Assembly: GCA_947627445.1 (NCBI GenBank)
Contig: CANQWA010000008.1
Span: forward strand, 3,530-67,529
Source of the DNA: an uncultured Ruminococcus sp.
GTDB lineage: Bacteria; Bacillota; Clostridia; Oscillospirales; Ruminococcaceae
Direction of reading: 5' to 3'
DNA: 64,000 nucleotides
Below are positions 1 to 8,173 of this stretch, piece after piece (position 1 is the stretch's first letter; the number at the start of each line of letters is the position of its first letter). The notes beneath the pieces were generated by a model. That model made no database searches, had not been told where the DNA came from, and was given only the letters and a program-made list of their open reading frames with translations. A program made the position numbers and the translations under genes.

Positions 1-2
1 TT

Positions 3-3000
3 ATGATGCAGAAAAAAAGCCATTTCATGCGTGTAACCAGCCTTTTGACAGCCGCTGTGCTGACCGTCAGCATAACACTTCTGCCAGCAACGGCTGCGGA
101 AGAAGTGACAGCAGAAACTGTCATTCCCATTGATACCGAACATTTTCCGGATGAAACATTCCGGCATTATGTCAGCGAATACCTGGATACTCTCACTTGG
201 AACGAAGAAGAAGAACTCTCCGGCAAGGACGGTATGCTCTCCCAGTCGGAGATGGAAGCAGTCACGCAAATTGACGTTACCGGCATGGGCATCAAAACAC
301 TGGAAGGCATCGGATCTTTCACATCCCTTACCACGCTGCTATGTGACAACAATGCTCTCACGGCTCTGGATTTATCTCAGAATACCGCCTTGACCAAGCT
401 GAGCTGCTCGAACAATCAGCTGGCGGAATTGACGCTGTCTCAGAATGCTCCCCTGGAGAGCCTGGTTTGTTATTTCAATCCAATGCCGGCACTGGACATC
501 GGCAGCCCGGCGAATCTGACAGATTTCCATGTGATCAGCAATCTGACAGAGCAAGCCGGTTCAGACGGCAGCGGCGGCTATTTTGTCGAACTCCCTGCTG
601 CGGTGGATTTCAGCCGTCTGTCTGTCGACGAATCCGGCGGTGTCGAAGCGGATGCCGCCAATCATCGGATTCTATTGCCGTCTCTTTCGGATTTTTTCTA
701 TACATATGCCATCGACGAAAGCAGAAGCATGTATGTTGCCGTGCAGCCGGTACTGCCCCTGACAGACGATGTCTTTCCCGATCCGGCATTCCGGGCGGTA
801 TTGCAGGAAAACGATGACACGGACAAAGACGGCAGCCTTGCGCCGGCAGAGCTATCCAATATCACCTCGCTGGTTCTGGACAGCAGCTATGGCATCACAG
901 ATCTGACCGGAATCCGTCATCTGAGCAGCCTGACCGATCTGGATGTTTCCGGCGTATCCATGGATCTGCTGGATCTTTCCGGATTGAATCAGCTGGCGGT
1001 CCTCGATTGCCGTGCATGCGGACTTTCCGCCCTGAACCTGACCGGACTGACCAGTCTGAAGGACTTGGACTGCAGCGGCAATCGGCTGACCTCGCTGGAA
1101 CTGACTGGACTGACCGGACTGGAAACACTGAGGTGTGCGGATAATCAGCTGACCTCCCTCCAGCTGACCGGATTGACCAGTCTGACCGATCTGGATGGTG
1201 CAAACAATCAGCTGGCTGCATTGGATCTGGCAGATACACCGGCAGACATTACTGTCCATGTGCAGGATAACACACGGCAGATCACCGTCCCCCTGAATTG
1301 TCGGTTTCCCTTGTCCGATCTGCCGGAAATGGATCCTGCCCGTATTGTACCGGACAGCCTGACCCATGCTGTGCTGGACGGGGATACCTTGGTGCTGGAC
1401 GATCTGACCGGAGAGGCAGTATCTTATACATACATTTTACGCCAGACAGAAACCGAAACAGTGACCGAGGATTTTTCTCTGATGCCTGCGGCAGGAAAGC
1501 TGGAAATCAGCGCTGCGGTTTTCCCGGATGAGAAATTCCGCAGCGTTGTTCAGACAGTGGATACCGATGGCGACGGCTATCTCAGTCTGGATGAGACAGA
1601 GGCTGTCACAGAATGGGATCTTTCTGGCAGGAACATCCGAGATCTTACCGGAATCTCCCTTTTCCCGTCTCTGACCGTTCTGGATGTTTCCGGCAACAGC
1701 CTGCGTTCGCTGGATGTATCGGCGCTGACGGAACTGCAAGAGCTGAACTGTTCCATCAACAACCTCACCTCTCTGGAACTTGGCACAGCAGATGTTCTCC
1801 GAGAGCTGAACTGTGCCCAAAATAATCTAACCCAGCTCCGGCTTAGCACGCTGCTGTCTTTGGAAACACTGGATTGCAGCAGCAACAAGCTGGCATCACT
1901 GGAACTGTCCGGCTTGAACCATCTGACCACATTGCGCTGCAGCCGCAATGCCCTGACTGCTTTGCAGCTGCCGGCAGGAGACGCACGGCTGGAACAGCTG
2001 GCGTGTAACAGCAACCAGTTGACGGTACTGGAACTGTCCGGCTGCCGGAATCTGACGCATCTCAACTGTTCTTCCAATGCCCTGACGGAACTGGAGCTGT
2101 CCGGCTTGTCACAGCTCGAAGAGGTACTTTGTGCCAACAATCAGCTGACAAAGCTGGATCTGACAAACTGCGGTTGTCTCACCTATCTCAACTGCTCCGC
2201 CAACCAGCTGACGGAGCTGGAACTCTCCGGACTGGAACTTTTGACAGCCGTGGATTGCCTGTACAATCAGCTCTGCTGTCTGCATCTGCCGGAGCGTTCG
2301 GATGGTGCAGTGCCTGCGGCTTCTCTTGCGGGCAATGTCTGTCCGGTACAGCTGGATTTTCTGGGGCGCATCAGGCTGTCACAACTTCCCGGCGGATGGG
2401 ATCCATCCCGTGTTTCTGGTCTGGAAAATGGCAGTATTGTGGGGGATTTTCTCACTGTCACCGATCCGGAACAGAATGTCACCTATGACTACAATATATC
2501 CAACTCTGACAAAAAGATTACCGCAAGCTTTACCATTCAGCCCATGGCTGCCACGGAAAGTACACGTCTTGCCATAGATGCCATTCACTTTCCGGATGAA
2601 GTTTTCCGCCGTTTGATTCGCCAGTATGACCTGGACGAAGACGGCTATTTCTACCGCATCGAGTTAGAACTGGTGGATGCTTTGATCGCAAACAATCTGG
2701 GTATCCGTGATCTGACTGGTGTGGAGTATTTCTCTGCACTGGAGACGCTGGAATGCACGGGCAACAACATCGCAGAACTGAAACTCTCCGGACTGCCCAA
2801 GCTGCGGACGATTAACTGTGCCATCAATAATATCTCCGTGCTGGAACTGTCTGACCTGCCGGCGCTGAAACAGCTGTACTGCGACTATAACCAACTGACG
2901 GAACTGGAACTGTCCGGTGTCCCCGGGGTGTCAGACCTCTCCTGTTCCGGCAATCAGTTGACGGAACTGCATGTGACAGGTCTGCCGGCATTAGAGTATC

Positions 3001-5774
3001 TGTACTGCGAGATGAATGATCTGACCGAACTGGATCTGCATGGATTGTCTGATCTGCAATATCTGGATTGCAGCGGCAACGCCTTGACGGAACTGGATCT
3101 GACCGAGCAGACCCATCTGGTGCAGTTGGGATGCCGTGAGAACTATCTCACCTGTCTGGATGTATCTCACTCTGTGCAGTCGGTACGTGTTTCAGCGGAG
3201 AACAACTGTGTGGAAATTCAGGTGCCGGCCATTTCCACATTGGATCTTTCCACGATCCCCGGCGGCTTTGTCAGCGATGACGTAGACCCGGGCAGCTGGA
3301 CGAATGCCGTCTGTGAGAACAATATCATTACCATTCAGGATCTCAGCCAGCCGGTGACCTATGATTATGTGATTGATACGAAAAGGGGACTGGTCGCCAC
3401 CTTTACTTGGATGCCCAGATTGTCCGAGGATGCAGGCATTGCCATTGACAGCCGTTTTCCGGATGAAGCCTTCCGCAGCTATGTGCAGGAGCATCTGGAT
3501 ATCAACGGGGACGGTTTTCTGGCGGTCTCAGAGATCGAAGCAGTCCATCAGATCCATGTGCCGGGACTGGATATCCAAGATCTCACCGGCATCACAACAT
3601 TCGTCCATCTGACCGATCTGAACTGTGACAGCAACAAACTGACCAACTTGGATCTGACCGGGCTGACCCATCTGCAGAATTTGTCCTGCCGGCAAAATTG
3701 CCTGACATCCCTGGATGTCCTCCATCTTACAGAGCTGCGGACCCTCCGTTGCGGTGCAAACCAGCTGACGGATCTGGATCTGCATCTCAACCATCTGTTG
3801 ACCACGCTGGAATGCGCACAGAATCAGCTGACCAGGCTGGCAGTAAACGCCCAACCAGATCTCACATCTCTCCAGTGTTCGGATAACCAGATTCAGACCA
3901 TTTCTCTCACCGGCAGTTCTCTTCTGGAGCTGGATTGCCACATGAATGCGTTCTTTGAGCTGCCTCTGGAGAATCTGGTTTCTCTAAAAAGCCTGGACTG
4001 CTCGGATAACATGCTCACCGGCGCACTGGATTTGTCCCGGATGCATGATCTACAGACACTTGTTGCAGACAACAACGGCTTTTACAGCCTGATCCTTGCC
4101 CCCGATGCCCTCCTGGATGATTTTTCCATGCAAAACTGCATCACCACGATCACGCCGGATCTGGACGCAGATGACAACGTGATCTATGACTTGTCCAAGC
4201 TTGACGGACTGGATGCTGCCAGATGCAGCGAATGGGTGAACGCCAGTCAGCAGGGGACAATGCTCACCATAGACAATCCGCTGGATTCCATGACATATCG
4301 CTATGATACCGGTCATGAAAACGTCTCTCCCGAGTTTATCCTCCGGGCAGATCAGATCCCGATAGAAGCAGCGGACATTGTGCTGGAACAGACGGAATAT
4401 GTTTTCCACAACACCTTTTACACGCCCATGGTGACAGTGACTGTAGGCGGCAGATCCCTACAGGAAAATGTGGACTATACCGTCCGATATGTGGACAACC
4501 ATGACGCCGGAACGGCGACTGTCATTGTGAAAGCTGTAGAGGGTTCTTCCTGGTACGGCTGGACATCTGCAACTTTTGAGATTCGTAAGGCAACGCCGGT
4601 TGTCTCTCCCGAGATCGAGCAGCGTGTGTATTATGAGGGCGAAAAATCCCCCGAACTGGTGCTGGGTGAGGGCAGCGATCATGGGGATATCGCCTGGACA
4701 TCGGCATTCCGAAACTATCTGCTGGAAGCTGGTATCAATGTACTGGAATGGATTTTTACACCTACGGACAACAGGAATGTGGAATCCGTTCAGGGGACGA
4801 TAGAGATTCTCGCCCAGAGCACAGAGACTTCTGCCAGTACCACGACAGAAACAACCACGACGACGGCTATTGTCACCGCCACTGCCCCAGGCTCAGAACA
4901 GCGAACCGAAAAAACCGACTCCAGGTCGACGACTGCCACGACGATGGTTTCAGCATCATCTGTGCCGGAAACAACGTCCCTGACAGAGACATCCAGCCAG
5001 TTGGAAAGCGAAACGACGGTGACATGGGAGACGACGACATCCCAGACGACATCCCAAGAGAGTAAGACCTCTGCCCATGCCGTCACGACAACGGTCACCA
5101 TTGTGGTACCCGTTGGCAGCAGCAGTGCTGTCTCCACAACGACCCATGTCAGTCTGTCCACCAGCAGCAAAACAACCACTTCTGCCACCACATTTACCAG
5201 ACCCGTCGGAAGTACCTATACCTTTACCACCACTACCATCCCCACCGAAAGCACCCAAACCACGAGTTCCCTCGTGACAACGTCCACCGCCGATGTGACC
5301 ACAGAATCCGGCAGTCAGACTACTGGTTTATCCACAACGTCAGAGGGGATATCCTCCGCTTCTTTTGTGACAACGACGTCTCAGACGACGACAACCGTAT
5401 CCTCTACCAGACGTTCGATCAGCATTACAAAGCCTCCTGTCACGACAGACGCGTTCGGCGGAACGGGTACAACTACCACGACGATTCAGCGTGAAATTCC
5501 CACGGTGACGGGCGATGCGAACTTCAACCATGAGGTTGACAGCGGAGATGCCTTTGAGGTACTTCTCTATTCGTCCAATATTGCCATTGGCAACAGTGCC
5601 TATATGCTCTATCCGGATGATATGCTGATCAATTATACGCTGCTGATGCTCTGCGATGTGGACAAAAATCATAAGGTAGACAGTTCAGATGCATTCTGGA
5701 TCTTAAAATATGTCTCCTATCAATCCCTTGGCATAGATGCCGCCTGGGAGGATGTCATAAATGGCACTGCCTGA
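3..5774 (+). CDS. Secreted multi-module leucine-rich-repeat protein with MBG/Ig-like domain, Ser/Thr-rich stalk and C-terminal dockerin
   Basis: N-terminal signal-peptide-like segment. Five modules each start with FPDxxFR, then a DxDxDG-type loop and LxxLxCxxNxLxxLxL repeats. MBG-like segment (TPMVTVTVGGRSLQENVDYTVRY) at ~4356-4590, Thr/Ser-rich ~4810-5500, and a duplicated dockerin Ca-loop (GDANFNHEVDSGDA...CDVDKNHKVDSSDA). The RBS lies outside the window. Confidence 0.85.
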   Translation: MMQKKSHFMRVTSLLTAAVLTVSITLLPATAAEEVTAETVIPIDTEHFPDETFRHYVSEYLDTLTWNEEEELSGKDGMLSQSEMEAVTQIDVTGMGIKTLEGIGSFTSLTTLLCDNNALTALDLSQNTALTKLSCSNNQLAELTLSQNAPLESLVCYFNPMPALDIGSPANLTDFHVISNLTEQAGSDGSGGYFVELPAAVDFSRLSVDESGGVEADAANHRILLPSLSDFFYTYAIDESRSMYVAVQPVLPLTDDVFPDPAFRAVLQENDDTDKDGSLAPAELSNITSLVLDSSYGITDLTGIRHLSSLTDLDVSGVSMDLLDLSGLNQLAVLDCRACGLSALNLTGLTSLKDLDCSGNRLTSLELTGLTGLETLRCADNQLTSLQLTGLTSLTDLDGANNQLAALDLADTPADITVHVQDNTRQITVPLNCRFPLSDLPEMDPARIVPDSLTHAVLDGDTLVLDDLTGEAVSYTYILRQTETETVTEDFSLMPAAGKLEISAAVFPDEKFRSVVQTVDTDGDGYLSLDETEAVTEWDLSGRNIRDLTGISLFPSLTVLDVSGNSLRSLDVSALTELQELNCSINNLTSLELGTADVLRELNCAQNNLTQLRLSTLLSLETLDCSSNKLASLELSGLNHLTTLRCSRNALTALQLPAGDARLEQLACNSNQLTVLELSGCRNLTHLNCSSNALTELELSGLSQLEEVLCANNQLTKLDLTNCGCLTYLNCSANQLTELELSGLELLTAVDCLYNQLCCLHLPERSDGAVPAASLAGNVCPVQLDFLGRIRLSQLPGGWDPSRVSGLENGSIVGDFLTVTDPEQNVTYDYNISNSDKKITASFTIQPMAATESTRLAIDAIHFPDEVFRRLIRQYDLDEDGYFYRIELELVDALIANNLGIRDLTGVEYFSALETLECTGNNIAELKLSGLPKLRTINCAINNISVLELSDLPALKQLYCDYNQLTELELSGVPGVSDLSCSGNQLTELHVTGLPALEYLYCEMNDLTELDLHGLSDLQYLDCSGNALTELDLTEQTHLVQLGCRENYLTCLDVSHSVQSVRVSAENNCVEIQVPAISTLDLSTIPGGFVSDDVDPGSWTNAVCENNIITIQDLSQPVTYDYVIDTKRGLVATFTWMPRLSEDAGIAIDSRFPDEAFRSYVQEHLDINGDGFLAVSEIEAVHQIHVPGLDIQDLTGITTFVHLTDLNCDSNKLTNLDLTGLTHLQNLSCRQNCLTSLDVLHLTELRTLRCGANQLTDLDLHLNHLLTTLECAQNQLTRLAVNAQPDLTSLQCSDNQIQTISLTGSSLLELDCHMNAFFELPLENLVSLKSLDCSDNMLTGALDLSRMHDLQTLVADNNGFYSLILAPDALLDDFSMQNCITTITPDLDADDNVIYDLSKLDGLDAARCSEWVNASQQGTMLTIDNPLDSMTYRYDTGHENVSPEFILRADQIPIEAADIVLEQTEYVFHNTFYTPMVTVTVGGRSLQENVDYTVRYVDNHDAGTATVIVKAVEGSSWYGWTSATFEIRKATPVVSPEIEQRVYYEGEKSPELVLGEGSDHGDIAWTSAFRNYLLEAGINVLEWIFTPTDNRNVESVQGTIEILAQSTETSASTTTETTTTTAIVTATAPGSEQRTEKTDSRSTTATTMVSASSVPETTSLTETSSQLESETTVTWETTTSQTTSQESKTSAHAVTTTVTIVVPVGSSSAVSTTTHVSLSTSSKTTTSATTFTRPVGSTYTFTTTTIPTESTQTTSSLVTTSTADVTTESGSQTTGLSTTSEGISSASFVTTTSQTTTTVSSTRRSISITKPPVTTDAFGGTGTTTTTIQREIPTVTGDANFNHEVDSGDAFEVLLYSSNIAIGNSAYMLYPDDMLINYTLLMLCDVDKNHKVDSSDAFWILKYVSYQSLGIDAAWEDVINGTA

Positions 5775-5790
5775 TATATTCCGAACCATA

Positions 5791-5838
5791 ACAAAACATG
5801 CAGACAGCTGTGAAAGGCTGTCTGCATGTTGTTTTGTT
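5791..5838. terminator. Bidirectional intrinsic terminator between convergent genes
   Basis: Perfect 14-bp stem AACATGCAGACAGC (5795-5808) / GCTGTCTGCATGTT (5817-5830) with A-rich and T-rich flanks. Confidence 0.85.
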
Positions 5839-6794
5839 CACGGTTCATGCTGCTGGGATGATTCTGTGACAGTGAGAATAAATCCGCCTCGATTGTCGCC
5901 GGAAACTTGGTATACCGACCCTTTTGGCAATTCAATGGCAGCAGTTCCGTCATCCTCGGCAGGAATATAATAAATCGTATAGTTATTTCCATGATCCGAA
6001 TAGTGCAGTCCGTCGGAACCCCAGGTGAAATTCTGGAGATAGTCCAGATATTCCTCCAGGCAAAGCGCATTTTCGTGCATAATTGCCGCATGAAGCTTTC
6101 CCACATAGCGGAAATGATGGGGAGCATAGGCAACGCCGGTCACCTCGGTCTTATCCGCAGGATAGCGGACAATAAAGCCGTATTCCCAGGAATTTGCCGT
6201 CATCCATTCATTGTCCTTCTGAATGTAGGGAACGACCTCGCCGGTGCTGGTGATGAGCCCAATATCGAATCCATAGCCGCAGGCACGATCGGGCAGGGCA
6301 TTGGAGTATAGCGACATAGAAGCATCCGTGGTGCTGTCAATCTGGAGATTGGACCAACCCATTGCTGACGCATAGTCGCTGAATAGTGCGCCCATAGGCT
6401 CTAATATTTCCCGCTGGATGGCAAGAGAGGGTTCTCTTGGCTGGATATTCTGATTGGTATTGGCGGAAAAATCTGAGAAGGTCTGGCTTCCGGTATACGG
6501 ATGTGCCTGATCCACCAAGATCAGCGGACCATTGGCTTGATCTGCTGCGGAGAGCTGTATCAGATCCACGTTGCTTGGCGGTTCGGTGGTTTCTTCTTCT
6601 GTGGTGTTTTCTTCTATGCGTTCTTTGTCAGACTTAGCGCCAGGTGCAAAGCCGTCGACGCCGACGATGTTTTCTTCTGTGGGTGTCCATAATATTCTGG
6701 AAATCGTGTCAAATGCATATATTCCAAAAATGAGCAAAATCAGACAGGCAACAAATCCGGCAAAGCTAAGATGTCTTTTCGGATGATTTGCCAA
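5838..6794 (-). CDS. VanY-like (peptidase M15B) membrane-anchored protein with degenerate active site
   Basis: TTG start with GGGGG-containing RBS, N-terminal TM helix, and the M15B signature W...NSWEYGFIVRYP.DK..VTG..Y.P.H.RYVG. The SxH and EPWH motifs are altered (PDR; APHH). Confidence 0.75.
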   Translation of the reverse strand: MANHPKRHLSFAGFVACLILLIFGIYAFDTISRILWTPTEENIVGVDGFAPGAKSDKERIEENTTEEETTEPPSNVDLIQLSAADQANGPLILVDQAHPYTGSQTFSDFSANTNQNIQPREPSLAIQREILEPMGALFSDYASAMGWSNLQIDSTTDASMSLYSNALPDRACGYGFDIGLITSTGEVVPYIQKDNEWMTANSWEYGFIVRYPADKTEVTGVAYAPHHFRYVGKLHAAIMHENALCLEEYLDYLQNFTWGSDGLHYSDHGNNYTIYYIPAEDDGTAAIELPKGSVYQVSGDNRGGFILTVTESSQQHEP

Positions 6795-6839
6795 AAATCA
6801 CGCCCCCTTCCTGTGCAATGGATCCGATGAAAAAAAGAG

Positions 6840-7946
6840 TTACTCGCCTTCTTCCGGTTCTTCCGACGATTCTGTCTCTTCTTCCCAATGCAGATCATCG
6901 GGCATCTCATATCCGCCGTCGATCAGACCGTAGATGGCAAAGGTGTCAAAGATAGACTTCCAGTAGGAAATTTTTCCATGCGCTGTCACGGCGACATATT
7001 CCCGTCCGGATGTATCCGCCGCATAGGAGACAAGCGCATGACCTGCCTCATCTGTATAGCCTGTTTTTCCGGCGATGATCTTCATGCCGGTTACTTCGTC
7101 ACCGTACATGCGGCTATACATGGTGCTGGTTAGGAGAATGCCCTCCGGGTGCTGCTCGGTGGGAGCAGTAGTATATTGATAGGTACCTAAAATCTCACGG
7201 CAAAGATCATTTTGCATCACATATGTCATCAGCATGGCAATATCCAGTGCTGTGCTGTAGTGGTTTTCGTCGTGCAGTCCGCTGGCATTCATGAAATGGG
7301 TATGCTTTAGTCCTAACTTCTCCGCCTTTTCATTCATCAGTTCCACAAAAGCCTCTTCCGAACCGGCAACATAAATGGCTGCTGCCGTGGTAGCGTCTGC
7401 GCCGGAGGGGAGGGCAATGCCGTAGAGGACATCCTTCATGCAAATGACCTCTCCCTCTTCAAAGCCTGCACGGGATGCATCTTCGGCAACAAGGGGGGCA
7501 ATGATGTCATATGTCATGGTAAAGGTGTCGTCCAGATCTTCAATATTTTCTGCGGCGATCAAAAGGGTCATGATCTTTGTCATGGATGCTGGATAAATCT
7601 GCTCTTCGGCATCCCGGTAAGCCAGAATGGTATTATCCGTCACATCCACCAGCACCATATTGTCACAGTAGACATTGTTGGATTGCAGTTCTACGGCGTT
7701 TTCACGGTAGGTGGGGAATGTCAGTGCAATAGAAGGTTCGGTTGGCGGTTCGGTTGGCGATTCTGTGGTGGCAGCGGTGGTTTGCTGGTTGGCAGCTGGA
7801 ACGGGAACATTTCGTTTATGGACTCTTCCGCCGCCCCGGATTAGTAAAACGGCTGCAAATATCAGGACAATGGCAATGCATAGGACGCCGACAGCAGCTT
7901 GCCACAGAGCTTGTTTTTGGATGTGTCGTCTTCTTCTCTTTCTCAT
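6840..7946 (-). CDS. Serine-type D-alanyl-D-alanine carboxypeptidase (peptidase S11, LMW PBP)
   Basis: SxxK (YPASMTK), SGAD at the SxN position, HFMNASGL, KTG (GKTGYT) and an N-terminal TM anchor. Start moved to ATG 7946 (MRKRRRR) because of a GGGAG RBS. Confidence 0.9.
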   Translation of the reverse strand: MRKRRRRHIQKQALWQAAVGVLCIAIVLIFAAVLLIRGGGRVHKRNVPVPAANQQTTAATTESPTEPPTEPSIALTFPTYRENAVELQSNNVYCDNMVLVDVTDNTILAYRDAEEQIYPASMTKIMTLLIAAENIEDLDDTFTMTYDIIAPLVAEDASRAGFEEGEVICMKDVLYGIALPSGADATTAAAIYVAGSEEAFVELMNEKAEKLGLKHTHFMNASGLHDENHYSTALDIAMLMTYVMQNDLCREILGTYQYTTAPTEQHPEGILLTSTMYSRMYGDEVTGMKIIAGKTGYTDEAGHALVSYAADTSGREYVAVTAHGKISYWKSIFDTFAIYGLIDGGYEMPDDLHWEEETESSEEPEEGE

Positions 7947-7990
7947 ATGTTTTTCTCCCGTAGATATTGTCTGTATAGTTATACACATTT

Positions 7991-8019
7991 ATTATAAACT
8001 ATTTTCCGGCATTTGTCAA
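7991..8019 (-). promoter_or_regulatory. Sigma-A promoter for the S11 carboxypeptidase gene
   Basis: TTGACA (8019-8014), 17 nt, TATAAT (7996-7991): perfect consensus. Confidence 0.85.
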
Positions 8020-8090
8020 TGGGCATGCAAAAGCTTCGGGTGGATTAATGCGTGAACAAAACATGAATGGATAGCCAATCCTCTCTGTCC

Positions 8091-8128
8091 AAAAAAAAGG
8101 CACCATACCCCAAAGAGGATATGGTGCC
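8091..8128 (-). terminator. Intrinsic terminator of cel48
   Basis: Stem GGCACCATA/TATGGTGCC (8099-8128) followed on the minus strand by T8. Confidence 0.9.
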
Positions 8129-8173
8129 CGTCTTATGATCTGTTATTCAAATCATCTCAAAGTCAAACGAGAA

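Noticed and set aside
4810-5500. ACN-rich low-complexity DNA as a CRISPR or tandem array
   Set aside because: In-frame Thr/Ser linker codons with no fixed repeat-spacer period.
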